A DNA stretch of 64,000 bases from Blastocystis sp. Blastoise (GCA_039096225.1 JBBPEB010000013.1:620001-684000); one strand, 5' to 3'; positions 37,736 through 54,070 are shown, counted from the stretch's first letter. The notes: generated by a model not told the origin, from the letters alone. Numbers and translations are program-made.

Positions 37736-39489
37736 TTAAGCAATTCTATATACTTCATAGTCGTCAACACAGAAATAATTTCTTTCATTTATATCGTTAG
37801 TATTAACAAATAAAGAAGCTTTAAAGGGTGTTTGATTATGTGTATAATATCGTTTATCACAACAACAAGTAGGACTAGTGTGACAATCATCATATATACC
37901 TATATCTCCAAAATGAGGTCCTCTTTCTGAACAATTATATATATTAGTATCTTCAGCTATCATAGAGAATTTAGTAGGAGGATAAGAATGTTCATTTTGA
38001 AGTGTAAAAAGAAAAGCCGTTTTATCTTGTCTCCATCCTATTTATAGACAGTATATATATAGAACAGTACTTATATTTGTAGTAAATATTCATAGTAAAA
38101 TATAATATTTATGATTAATATATATTGGATATATATATATATATATATATATAACATTTAATAATGAATATATTATAAAATACATAACATACCATAATTA
38201 CCCGAATCCCATTCTATGTTTGTATATCCTCCAAATATGTTAATACAATTATGATGTCCTATTTGTTTGATTAAAGTGACAGTTTCTCCTTGTTTATCGC
38301 AATATCTATGAAATTCTTTTAAAGAGAAGTTGTGTTCAGATGCCCTGTAGGAGTATAGTTATAATCATATATATAAAGAACAATATAAATGAGATATAAT
38401 AATAAGATTTATTCTATAATATATAAGAAGACAATATAATTATGTATAACAATAATAGTCACAGTATATATATGACTATATATACCTATATAAGAGTTTC
38501 CATTCTTTTGTTACTCCAAGCCACTCATAGAGTAAATTAATAAATAACGTGTTTTTATTGAGTATAATAGATGAAGATAATTGATCCCAAAGAAGTTTAT
38601 ATACATGTAATGAATCAGAAACTGGAAGAAGTAATGATATATACTGTTTTATAGTATATTTATCTATACTCTTGGGTAATGTACAGTTGGTAATTTGTTT
38701 GTTATTTTGAATATATTCTTCAACTAAAGATACCATAGGATTTGAAATAGTTAGTGTATATATATTATCCTTATAATTATATGGAATACATCCATTATTA
38801 TATAAACGAAGAAAGTCTGGAATAGAATTTGTACTTTTCCAATAATCTATTATTTGTGTATTAATTTGATTATTTATAAATATAACTAAAGGTGATTCTT
38901 TTTCATAAGGAAGAGGCAAATCACGTTGGAAGCACTTTAAAGTATCAAATTGAGGAGGAAGAGAAATGCATAAGAATTGGAAGCAGGCTACTAACTGTTT
39001 TAAAACCTGTGAAGTAAATATATTAACTGGAAACTCAGGGTCTAATAGTAATGAACAACATAAACGACCAATTGTATCATCGTAATCAATGTATAATGGT
39101 CCATTATCTAATAGATCTGGATCGTGTGATAAATTATAAAAGTACGAATCTGGAAAACGGTCAATGAGAGACATCGGCAACTTGAAAGGGTGTGAAGAGT
39201 TCTGAAATGTAAAGTATATGACCTTTGTTGATTCTAAAACACTATCTGTTGTATCAGGAATCAGTATTTCCGATTGTAAAAGTAAATCTGAAGAATTATT
39301 TTGAAGAAAAGAATTATTCTCATGTTTAGAGATACTTTGTGCAAATAGTTCAGATAAATTAAGCATATCTGATAAGTATTGCTGTTCTATAGGAGAACAA
39401 TCAGGACTAGACTCAACAGATTCTGCCAATTCTCGTATTAAATTTTTGATATTCAATATTTTCTTAACATATGACTTTTCAGAACTCAT
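37736..39489 (-). CDS. BTB/T1-like plus TLDc domain protein, 3 exons
   Basis: LIDRFPDSYF..LYID (KCTD/T1-like); WKLLYR|ASEHNFSLKEFHRYCDKQGETVTLIK..IFGGYT..AFLFTL..GPHFG..DYEVY. Confidence 0.85.
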
Positions 39490-39548
39490 ATTTTAAATGA
39501 ATTCAGACTTTATTATTAAAAAAATAAGAAAAAAAAAATCGTAGAAAC

Positions 39549-42383
<2,835 letters not shown>

Positions 42384-43136
42384 GTAGAAACAAAACACAA
42401 AAACCTCAATAACAATAATTGATTTAAGGTTAACTTTATGTTACATAATATTTTTAATATGAAGACATAAATATAATAAAAACTATTTTAAATATATGAT
42501 CTATATACATATCAGTAAAAAAATAATTGTAATAACCAAAAATAATATCCATTATTATTGATTGTCGAAATTAAAATTTAAATATGTATTTAAATATGTA
42601 TGAATTTTTTGAATATTATAAAAAACTTTAATTGATTTTATTTAGGAATACATCATAATGAAAGCGTAATGAACAGTGTTAAATGTGAAACTCCACTTTT
42701 GTAAACATTACAATTTATACAATAAATATAAAATAACATTTCAATCATGTATTGATGATTAAAATTAAAAAAACTTTCAAATTATTGTAACAATTTATTT
42801 AAAATACTCTTATTTTTTCATAAACAGCTATTAATAGTATACTAATCCTATACGAATAATGATGCATAAATGTGATTTGTCATATATAAATATAATTAAA
42901 TATAATTTTGCTTCAACAACATTGAATTAATACGAGATATCAAAGATAGGATATTGATAGAATTCTACTCTATTATTCATGACATAATCAAATAATAATA
43001 ATAAATATATATATCTTAAATAGCAAACAAATACACATAACAAACTATTTTGGCGGTGAAAATAAATGGAAAAAAGAATATCGTAGAAACTTCCAGCAGA
43101 AAACCATAGAAAGATCTTCTAAAAAAATCTTGAATA

Positions 43137-45160
43137 TGAGTGAAGAAGAATGTGAAAGTGGAAAAGATAGAAGATAGAGAAAAAGTAGAAAAGAAAAATA
43201 GATTGAATAGTTAATTAGATATTTGTTAATAAGGTTATTAAATAATTGTTTATCGTTTAACAATTAGAAATGTATATAAATAATATATAAATAATATATA
43301 AATAATATATATAATAATAATAAAATAAATATTGTTTTTATATAGATGAAGTCTCTTACAAAAGTTGTTCCTACTTTAAGACAAGCTATTACAAAGAATA
43401 GTATTCGTTGTTTTGGTACTCGTGTTGAATCTGATTTAATTGGTGAACTTAATGTTCCTGATGAAGCTTATTATGGTGTTCAAACTCTTCGTGCTGTAAA
43501 TAATTATAATATTACAGGTGTAAAATTGAATCATTTCCCTACATTTATAAAAGCTTTTGCTATGACAAAGAAAGCTTGTGCAATTGCAAATGGTCGTCTT
43601 GGTTTAGTTGATAATAAGATATCTCAAAGTATTCAACAAGCTGCTGATGAAGTAATAAGTGGAAAATTTAATAATCAATTTGTAGTAGATATGATTCAAG
43701 GTGGTGCTGGTACTTCAACAAATATGAATTGTAATGAAGTAATAGCTAATCGTGCTCTTGAAATTATGGGTCATAAGAAAGGTGAATATCAATATATTAG
43801 TCCTAACGATCATGTAAATAAGTGTCAATCTACAAATGATACTTATCCTTCTTCTGCTAAACTTGGTATGGCTTTACAACATGTTGCTTTCCAACAAGAG
43901 ATGGAGAATTTAGTTGAAGCTCTTCGTAAGAAGGCTCGTGAATTTGATGGTGTTATAAAGATGGGTCGTACTCAACTTCAAGATGCTGTTCCTATGACAT
44001 TAGGTCAAGAATTTGATGCTTATGCTCGTACACTTGAAAGTGATTTACCTATTATTCGTTCTGCTGTTCATAGATTTTATATTGTAAATCTTGGTGGTAC
44101 TGCTATTGGTACAGGTACTGCTGCTCATCCTGATTTCTCTCCTGCTGTTGTAAAGGCTCTTGGTGAAGTTACTGGTCTTCCTATTGAATTAGCTGATAAT
44201 CTTATTGCTGCTACTTCTTCTACTGGTTCTATGACTTATTATCATGGTATTATTAAACGTGTTGCTATTAAACTTTCTCAAATTTGTAATGATCTTCGTC
44301 TCTTAGCTTCTGGTCCTCGTTGTGGTCTTCATGAAATTAATCTTCCTGCTATGGCTCCTGGTTCTTCTATTATGCCTGGTAAAGTAAATCCTGTTATTCC
44401 TGAAGTTGTTAATCAGACTTGTTTCCAAATTATTGGTAATGATATGGCTTGTACTATGGGTTCTGAAGCTGGTCAACTTGAACTTAATGTTATGGAACCT
44501 GTTATTATTTATAATTGTTATAATTCTGTTGAAATGATGACTAGAGCTCTTAGAACCCTTCGTACTCTTTGTATTGATGGTATTACTGCTAATAAAGATA
44601 GATGTGAAGAACTTGTTCATAATTCTATTGGTGTTGTAACTGCTCTTCTTCCTTATATTGGTTATAAGAATGCTTCTAAATGTGCTAAGATTGCTAATCA
44701 AACTGGTAAATCTATTGCTACTGTTCTTGTTGAACAAGGTTGTCTTACTCCTCAAGAAGTAAAAGAACTTCTTGTTCCTGAAAAGATGACTAAACCTAAT
44801 TATATGGCTAAACAAGGTCTTAATAAAGGTGTAAAAGTTCATTCTGTTGATCAAGTAGGTGGAGCTGAATATAAGTAAAAAAATTTATTTATTTATTTTT
44901 TATCTTTTTATTTTTATTGCTGTTGTTTTTTTAAATGAAAATGTAATATATTTTTCATTCTAATTATTTCTTTTGTTTTGTTTATTTTTATCATTTATTT
45001 TAAAAAATATTTTATTAATACTATATATGAAGATTAATGATACAAATTATTATATATATTTTTTTATTTAATTTTAGATATTTTTTAATTATTAGTAAAT
45101 TTGTTATATATCATTATTATTTTAGTATTCATATGTTGAAATGAAGACAGTTTTTTGGGA
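43137..45160 (+). repeat. Left arm of a ~2.0-kb inverted duplication (partner 48491-50524)
   Basis: Homology runs from TGAGTGAAGAAG to TTTTTTGGGA; near-identical, with small indels outside the CDS. Confidence 0.92.
43346..44878 (+). CDS. aspA: Aspartate ammonia-lyase, copy 1, with a mitochondrial-type presequence
   Basis: YYGVQTLRA, QGGAGTSTNMN, KMGRTQLQDAVP, GSSIMPGKVNP; intronless CDS; canonical 5'-UTR intron 43272-43345. Confidence 0.95.
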   Translation: MKSLTKVVPTLRQAITKNSIRCFGTRVESDLIGELNVPDEAYYGVQTLRAVNNYNITGVKLNHFPTFIKAFAMTKKACAIANGRLGLVDNKISQSIQQAADEVISGKFNNQFVVDMIQGGAGTSTNMNCNEVIANRALEIMGHKKGEYQYISPNDHVNKCQSTNDTYPSSAKLGMALQHVAFQQEMENLVEALRKKAREFDGVIKMGRTQLQDAVPMTLGQEFDAYARTLESDLPIIRSAVHRFYIVNLGGTAIGTGTAAHPDFSPAVVKALGEVTGLPIELADNLIAATSSTGSMTYYHGIIKRVAIKLSQICNDLRLLASGPRCGLHEINLPAMAPGSSIMPGKVNPVIPEVVNQTCFQIIGNDMACTMGSEAGQLELNVMEPVIIYNCYNSVEMMTRALRTLRTLCIDGITANKDRCEELVHNSIGVVTALLPYIGYKNASKCAKIANQTGKSIATVLVEQGCLTPQEVKELLVPEKMTKPNYMAKQGLNKGVKVHSVDQVGGAEYK

Positions 45161-45573
45161 GTTTTTAATGTTTATTTTGGTACATATAAAAATCATTAAA
45201 CACTTTGAAGTCTACAATATTGAGAATAACTTAACGACGATATAAAGAAACGAAACAAGTATTATTTGAAGAGTAAACACATAGAGCAGAGCAAAGTATA
45301 TATATATATATATATCATAAAGACAACTAGCATACAACAAAAAGAAATGTTTTGAATAATTTGAGAAAAGGAAAGAATTGAATGAAATTTGAAATGATAA
45401 GTCTAAAAGAAAATAAAATACCAGGTAAAAGAAAAGAATAAAATTGAATATATTTCTGTATATACAAATATATTTATGAAAGGAAAATAGAAAATGAATA
45501 GCATAAAGATGAATATATTTATGTACATATAAATATATTTATGAAAGGAAAATAGAAAAAGAATAGAATGCTT

Positions 45574-46589
45574 TCAGAAGATAGAACAACACTGCTGAAG
45601 AAGAGGTGTTGATTCTTCGAGATAACATTTATTATTGGGTCCATATATATAAAAGAGGACATCCTGACCTTCATAACGGGATTGAACTTGAATAAATGGT
45701 TTGTAATATAGAGATATACTTTGATGTATAATAATAGTATCGTTATCTAAAGCGATCTATATAAAAGATATAAATATATAATATAATGATAAGTATAGAT
45801 ATACATACATTTTCTATATCATGTTGAAGATCATTATAAATAGACGTAAGAGAAGAAATTGATTTTAAGGAGGATATATCAATAGAATTACCCTCAACTC
45901 TATATATATAAAGAAAATAGAATAATAGGTGAAAGTGATGTATATGAATATATACGTTCCAAGTAATACAGGTTCTGAATATACAATAAAGAAGGGTATA
46001 GAGTCTATAGCAATAGGAGAGTGCGTATCTGTGTTCAACGAGGAGGAGGAGGAGAAGGAGGACTGTATCGTATTATCTGTTGAATCTAATGATCGTAGAG
46101 AAGGAGAGGACATAGAAACATGAGAAGAAGTAGAAGTAGCGACTTCTATTTCCTTAGAATGGCACATAAACGATTTATTAATATGCTCCGTATGTTGTAT
46201 AATAGTCATCTATGGATAGTATAATGAATAAATAGTCATATATATATAAACATTATATATATATACCAAAACATAATGCACTATTTTTCCTGTTCCTTGA
46301 CAACGTTTACAGAATGTATATTTCTTATTTTGACAGTTATTACATACATATAATGGAGGGGTTGCTAATTTAGGAGGAATAGTTGAAGAAGAAGAAGAAG
46401 AGTTAAGTTTATATTCTGTATAGAGTGTGGGTGTATCACATTGTTTACAGTATATATGACCTTGGCCTAGAGAGAGAATAGAGAGTATAAGAAGATACAA
46501 AGAGATATTTATAAAGAAGAAATATATAATATTAATAGAATATATTAATAAATATAAAAAAAATAATAAATGAATAAATAATATCAACA

Positions 46590-46653
<64 letters not shown>

Positions 46654-46921
46654 ACAATCTGGACATATGTCAATAGTATCTGTATGAGATATTTTCTTGG
46701 TATATGTATGATCAAAGGAGTCCGAAGGAAGAGGAACCGAGAGAGACCACATAGAAGGAGGAAGACCATTCTCTTCGGTATCCACCTAAAATATAATGTA
46801 TATAGCTTAATAGGATAAGTCTAGATAAATATAAAAAAATATAAATATACAAATATAAAAAATATATAAAAGAGATAAATATATAAATGAATAGATAAAT
46901 AGATACATATAAAAATAAATA

Positions 46922-46952
<31 letters not shown>

Positions 46953-48250
46953 ATAGAAAATACATAAAAGAGATAAATAAATAAATAAATAATAAATAAA
47001 TAATAAATAAATAATAAATAAATAATAAATAAATAATAAATAAAAAACAAATGGATAAGAAATTGACAATTATAAAATAAAACTACGCACGACAATAGAT
47101 ATTCTATAATGTTATAAATGTATATACATCATTATTAGCATCAAAAGGTCGTTCATCCCATCGCAAGGAGCGAGATTCAAGTGTATATGTGAACTCACAT
47201 AAATATACACTTTTTGATAGGATAGAAAGTAGATACATCTCATCGGCGAACTTCTTATCATTATAGAGCTGTTTCCTCCATTCTTGCTTAAATGCATATC
47301 GTATTTCTCTCTCAGTCAGACGTCGTAGAGACTGTGTGTTACATATTAAAGGGGTACCTATATACATAAAGGAGAAATAGAGACGAATAAACATAGAATA
47401 CATTGATATATAGATAGATATTAAAGAGAAACATATATATAATAAAACAAAACAAAAATAAAAAATAACCAAAAACTCATCAGTAATCAATAAAAATACT
47501 ATTCGAAGACATTAAGGGCTTTTTAGAATATCCTGGAATAGACGCAGATAAAGTATCGCTATTATGAGATTCAATGGGTGTATACAACATATAATCTTGA
47601 TTTTCACACAAAGAATGAGCACTATTCAACTTTTCTAATATATCTACAGAAGTTTTGTTGTTTATTGGGACCATTTCAATTTGTTTAACAGGTAATTCTG
47701 GAATTGATTGTTCCTTATTTTCTGAAATAGTTGACATTTGTGTTTGTAGCTCATGCGGCAATTCATGATCTAATTCACTGATATTCCTAGAGACAACTAA
47801 TGGAGGTGTACCACAAAAAGAAGAAATGGGTACGTTTTGAGGAATGGAGTCAGATTTTGATTGTATATAATTGTCTATATTATTTGAGCACTGATGTGGA
47901 CTTCGCTCTTCTATGAGGACTCGAGATCCATCATTTTGTCTATAGGAGACTGATGATTCCTGTATAGGAACCAAATTACCTACTTGACTTTTATAGATTG
48001 TTTTATTTCCTTCATATGTGTCGTAAAGAGAGCTTTGCAACCTGTTTATCACTAAAAAATAATTTAAATAAAAGATAAAAAGAGATATTAATAGTAATGA
48101 AGCAAGTAAATTAAATAGTGATAAGATTACAATAAACTTATATGATAAAAATACATTAATATGATGAGAGATCTATATACTCAGTCCATTATTATCTGTA
48201 GACGCATAACTTGTTGTTGACGAGTAGAACGATAGTTCTAGATTATTCAT
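45574..48250 (-). CDS. SSUH2-like protein with DnaJ-type CxxCxGxG zinc repeats and a C-terminal CaaX-like end
   Basis: LTEREIRYAF..YTLESRS..PF..PPSMWSLSVP..CPDCKG|QG..CKQC..CNNC..CKRCQGTG..FYIYGPNNKCY..CCSIF*. Confidence 0.75.
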
Positions 48251-48490
48251 ATCTATTTCACGTATAACGAAAAGAAACGAGAAATGATTGTAGCTATTGC
48301 AAAGAGACAACAGGAAAAATCGAAACTAGGTTTCCTTTGTACTAAAAACTCCAAGAAAGGACTTCTATAAGAAAAAATGCAAACGATATTCCTATTGGAT
48401 GATTCCACATAGGTTTTTAGTATTTAAAACTCGTGAACAAATGTAATCTGCTAAAAGAAAACAATGAGTTGTATTCCCATGATAAATAAA

Positions 48491-50524
48491 TCCCAAAAAA
48501 CTGTCTTCATTTCAACATATGAATACTAAAATAATAATGATATATAACAAATTTACTAATAATTAAAAAATATCTAGATTAAATAAAAAATATATATAAT
48601 AATTTGTATCATTAATCTTCATATATAGTATTAATAAAATATTTTTAAAAATAAATGATAAAAATAAACAAAACAAAATAAAAGAAATAATTAGAATGAA
48701 AAATATATTACATTTTCATTTAAAAAAACAACAGCAATAAAAATAAAAAGATAAAAAATAAATAAATAAATTTTTTTACTTATATTCAGCTCCACCTACT
48801 TGATCAACAGAATGAACTTTTACACCTTTATTAAGACCTTGTTTAGCCATATAATTAGGTTTAGTCATCTTTTCAGGAACAAGAAGTTCTTTTACTTCTT
48901 GAGGAGTAAGACAACCTTGTTCAACAAGAACAGTAGCAATAGATTTACCAGTTTGATTAGCAATCTTAGCACATTTAGAAGCATTCTTATAACCAATATA
49001 AGGAAGAAGAGCAGTTACAACACCAATAGAATTATGAACAAGTTCTTCACATCTATCTTTATTAGCAGTAATACCATCAATACAAAGAGTACGAAGGGTT
49101 CTAAGAGCTCTAGTCATCATTTCAACAGAATTATAACAATTATAAATAATAACAGGTTCCATAACATTAAGTTCAAGTTGACCAGCTTCAGAACCCATAG
49201 TACAAGCCATATCATTACCAATAATTTGGAAACAAGTCTGATTAACAACTTCAGGAATAACAGGATTTACTTTACCAGGCATAATAGAAGAACCAGGAGC
49301 CATAGCAGGAAGATTAATTTCATGAAGACCACAACGAGGACCAGAAGCTAAGAGACGAAGATCATTACAAATTTGAGAAAGTTTAATAGCAACACGTTTA
49401 ATAATACCATGATAATAAGTCATAGAACCAGTAGAAGAAGTAGCAGCAATAAGATTATCAGCTAATTCAATAGGAAGACCAGTAACTTCACCAAGAGCCT
49501 TTACAACAGCAGGAGAGAAATCAGGATGAGCAGCAGTACCTGTACCAATAGCAGTACCACCAAGATTTACAATATAAAATCTATGAACAGCAGAACGAAT
49601 AATAGGTAAATCACTTTCAAGTGTACGAGCATAAGCATCAAATTCTTGACCTAATGTCATAGGAACAGCATCTTGAAGTTGAGTACGACCCATCTTTATA
49701 ACACCATCAAATTCACGAGCCTTCTTACGAAGAGCTTCAACTAAATTCTCCATCTCTTGTTGGAAAGCAACATGTTGTAAAGCCATACCAAGTTTAGCAG
49801 AAGAAGGATAAGTATCATTTGTAGATTGACACTTATTTACATGATCGTTAGGACTAATATATTGATATTCACCTTTCTTATGACCCATAATTTCAAGAGC
49901 ACGATTAGCTATTACTTCATTACAATTCATATTTGTTGAAGTACCAGCACCACCTTGAATCATATCTACTACAAATTGATTATTAAATTTTCCACTTATT
50001 ACTTCATCAGCAGCTTGTTGAATACTTTGAGATATCTTATTATCAACTAAACCAAGACGACCATTTGCAATTGCACAAGCTTTCTTTGTCATAGCAAAAG
50101 CTTTTATAAATGTAGGGAAATGATTCAATTTTACACCTGTAATATTATAATTATTTACAGCACGAAGAGTTTGAACACCATAATAAGCTTCATCAGGAAC
50201 ATTAAGTTCACCAATTAAATCAGATTCAACACGAGTACCAAAACAACGAATACTATTCTTTGTAATAGCTTGTCTTAAAGTAGGAACAACTTTTGTAAGA
50301 GACTTCATATATATAAAAACAATATTTATTTTATTATTATTATATATATTATATATATATATTATTTATATATTATTTATATACATTTCTAATTGTTAAA
50401 CGATAAACAATTATTTAATAACCTTATTAACAAATATCTAATTAACTATTCAATCTATTTTCCTTTCATTTTCTACTTTTTCTCTATCTTCTATCTTTTC
50501 CACTTTCACATTCTTCTTCACTCA
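48491..50524 (-). repeat. Right arm of the inverted duplication
   Basis: Reverse complement of 43137-45160. Confidence 0.92.
48776..50308 (-). CDS. aspA: Aspartate ammonia-lyase, copy 2 (identical 510-aa protein)
   Basis: Translation identical to copy 1; its 5'-UTR intron (50309-50384) ends in AT rather than AG. Confidence 0.95.
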   Translation of the reverse strand: MKSLTKVVPTLRQAITKNSIRCFGTRVESDLIGELNVPDEAYYGVQTLRAVNNYNITGVKLNHFPTFIKAFAMTKKACAIANGRLGLVDNKISQSIQQAADEVISGKFNNQFVVDMIQGGAGTSTNMNCNEVIANRALEIMGHKKGEYQYISPNDHVNKCQSTNDTYPSSAKLGMALQHVAFQQEMENLVEALRKKAREFDGVIKMGRTQLQDAVPMTLGQEFDAYARTLESDLPIIRSAVHRFYIVNLGGTAIGTGTAAHPDFSPAVVKALGEVTGLPIELADNLIAATSSTGSMTYYHGIIKRVAIKLSQICNDLRLLASGPRCGLHEINLPAMAPGSSIMPGKVNPVIPEVVNQTCFQIIGNDMACTMGSEAGQLELNVMEPVIIYNCYNSVEMMTRALRTLRTLCIDGITANKDRCEELVHNSIGVVTALLPYIGYKNASKCAKIANQTGKSIATVLVEQGCLTPQEVKELLVPEKMTKPNYMAKQGLNKGVKVHSVDQVGGAEYK

Positions 50525-51278
50525 AATTGTAGAGTTTCTGAAGATTTCATTGGCTGTTCTTTTACCCTTAACCCGAGCCTATAAATCTTTTTTGTTTTTC
50601 CCACTAATTTAATGTTTCTTCTGGCTTTATTTTCAATTCTTTTCATTAAAGAATAGTATTCGGTATATTTCCATCTACCCTCTGTGGTTCTTCTGTTGAG
50701 ATTCTATAATAAAATCTCATTTCTCCTTTTTGTCTACCATTTATCTTTGTTTTTTCTACAAAATAACCACTGTATAATCAATAGCCGTTATATTTACTAT
50801 TCCAACAACTTATAATCTTATTGATTTCTTAGGTAGTTAGACTATTACTTGTTTATATTGGATAAACAAAAAAGGGAATTCTTTCTCTAATTGACTCGTT
50901 GTTTGATAGTTTATCTTTTTTCTATTGACTCATTTAATTCACTGTTAAACTCTTGTTTTCATATCTTAACATCATATTTGAAACAAAATATGATTGAATA
51001 ACAATCATAGCTAGTTTCTTAGCTTATTCTTCCTTTATTCGGAAGTTTAACCTTTCATTTTATTATTATTACATATGCTTGCCTTTTCTGACTTTAAATT
51101 TATACAAAAGATGATTTGAATAATCATATTATTAAAATTAGAAGAATAATTTACTTTTTTTTTGTGTGTGTGTTTTCTTTGTCAGAATCGTATTATTGTT
51201 ATAATTGTTTAGATGATACATAACCTTTTTGACTATGAAGAACATGCGTGAATAATATAATAAAAAAAAGATGTATCA

Positions 51279-54070
51279 ATATCTGTCAAACGCGTATTGT
51301 TTTTTTCTCAAACGCGTATTTTCTCAAGATTATTTTCTAAAATAAAAGAATAACTGTGATATTTTTTTCTTAGCTATATAACTTTTTATGTCAAGCTTCA
51401 GTGCTATTACACACAACATATGATTAAATATTTCATTAGTGCCTTATGAAGAAGAAAAATAAGAGTCAAATTGTATTCATTTCAAGGGTGTACTCTATCA
51501 AACTTTGTTAGGTCATTCTGATTTCGTAAATACACATAGAGAATGAGTTCTGACATAATCTTGTCGACAAATAAGTCTTTGAAACTGTCTTCTAGGTCGT
51601 GATACTGAACTTCATATTCTTCGTTTGTTTTAATTCATTATGATTTACTTTCTACAGAGTACTTTAAATATATTGTAATGACTTAAAAGCTAAATATATG
51701 AGATAAAATTTTGAATGGGTTGAAATCCCTATTATAAATAATCAGATTCTTCTCAAATTGATTTCAACTATTTTACTATGATTAAATGATTGAACTAATT
51801 AATAAAATAAATAAAACAATAAATATATTTGTCATGTCATAATTCTATTTTTCAGGTTTCTGTCTTTTATTTCAGGCAGTCATATTTTTATTTTTAGGTT
51901 GCATATGACGTGAATATTTTTCATAATAATTTTTGTAGATTATAAAATATTTTATAATTATTGAATTGTAAATGATTAACTTCCAATATCATCAAACTAA
52001 AAATAATTATATTTTCTTGAGTACCAAATACTTTTGACTACAACAATAAGCAAAAAACATAAAAATTAGTTCTTCATAGTTTATTAACACTAAACAGAAA
52101 ATTTGATTTATTATGGATTTGCAAGCGTTTAGTTTCACCAAATTGATTTATTTATAATTTTAATTTATAGTTATAAGATATATGTTATGTGAACTTTAAT
52201 ATTATGTTAATAAATATCTTTTTAATATTTTCCTTACGGAGAAAAATAATCATTTTCAATTGACGTTAAAGTGTTTTTCTAAAAAAAGGGTTGTTACACT
52301 TAGTGATAGTTCTTGATAATTATTGAATTAAAAACAAAAAAAAAGATATTCTTATATATTTAACACTCTCTTATATAAATATTCAAATGATATTTGAAAA
52401 ACAAATAATTCTTACTGGTATAAAGAAAGCTGCTAAAAGAAAGAAAAAGCCAGAAAAAAATGTTTTTTTTTCTGTTATTAATTAATGTCAGGTTACCTAT
52501 CTCTTCAGGTAGATTGGGAACAGTTTATATATATTAAATTAGTACAATGTTAAGTATCTCTATTTAGTAAAATATAGATTTATATATAAATATTTAAGTA
52601 TTTATTAACACAAAAGAAATTATATGTATATGGCTTTTTGAGTTTTTTACACTTTTTTCTTTTTTCCCATATTGAAAAATAGAAATTCAAAAGTATGTGC
52701 AGTTTCAAACTGTTTATATGCTTGCTATTACATTATGATAGTGAAAATTCTAGAATCAATACATTATGATACAACACAATGAAATGCATTTTTTCATACT
52801 TTTTGACAATAAAGTAATATAAATTATAAATGAATTTCAGAATTTTAAATTATTTAAAAATGATAGATATTCGACTATAGTTGCAAAAAATATAATAAAG
52901 AGAAATAAACACATAAAGAAAACATATATATATTTGACATAATATACATTTTTTAAAAACTCTTTTTAGGGTATTGTTATCGTGCCCTTTAATCAATAAA
53001 TATTTCATTAATTGTTTTCAAGGTTTATATATATAATATAGATTGATAGATGCATAATATACCAAAATTTCAATACTCTGTGACTTATTATTAACCATCA
53101 AAATATCATAGTTAGTTAGTGTTTTTATGAAAAACAATAAAAAATGTAAAAAAAAAATAAAATCCTCTTTTTGAAACACTAAATTTAATTTCAAATATTT
53201 TAATATAAATAATATAAATAAGCACGGCTTATGTTTTATACATATATAAAAATAGAAACTAGTTAATCATTCTATGAACTTCAGTAATCAGGAATATTCA
53301 TGGAGTAAAGGAATGAGTGTGAAATTTTTTGTTGTCTTTTTCATTATTCTTAATTTTTATTATATGTTTATACATAGATATTATTTTATAAATAACTTGA
53401 CATATTATTTCTTTAACTAATTTATTTTATGAGTAGGATTGTTAACTCAATATATAAGACTATAAAAAACAGTTGTTAATTGTGTGTCTAAAGGTAGTGT
53501 ATTTCTTAATGTTCAGTGATTATTTTATCATTTATATTAGTCTTGATTTAGGGTTGATTATAATATCCAACAAATAATGATTTTTAATGATAATAATATG
53601 AGAATTAGCACTAAATTATTGATAAAATATTACTAATTTTTAAGATAGATACGTTAACAATAATTGCAGACGATATAGACCTCATTTATGTTGTAATAGA
53701 CTAATTTTGAAAGAACATTATTCAAGTGATACTTGCTCAAACTCATTTGAGTGGAAATTATTTGTATATTCTTGAAGATAAACATATTCTTATATATTTT
53801 TTAGATTAACTCTTTTTAATAAGTCGCTCTTGTCATTAAAAAAGTTGGTACTATAAAATAAGACGAGCAACTTTGTGTACTGATTTTTCATTGTGTATTA
53901 TGTGTATACACTTCATATTTATGAAGTAGTCTCTGATAGATTAGAAAAGAGTTTATGCAAAAAATTATTTAAAAAAAATAAATATCAACTGAGTTCAACC
54001 AAAAACAAAATACACACAAAAACATAAAAATACGCGTTTGAGAAAAAAACAATACGCGTTTGACAGATAT
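51279..54070. mobile_element. Non-autonomous or decayed TIR element, about 2.8 kb
   Basis: Perfect 44-bp inverted repeat ATATCTGTCAAACGCGTATTGTTTTTTTCTCAAACGCGTATTTT at 51279-51322 and 54027-54070; outer ATAT or TA may be the TSD; no ORF of 60 aa or more inside. Confidence 0.78.

Noticed and set aside
44303-44854. 183-aa antisense ORFs in both aspA copies, and antisense or alternate-frame ORFs in RPL7 and RPS4
   Set aside because: Shadows of biased codon usage on the coding strand; no motifs.
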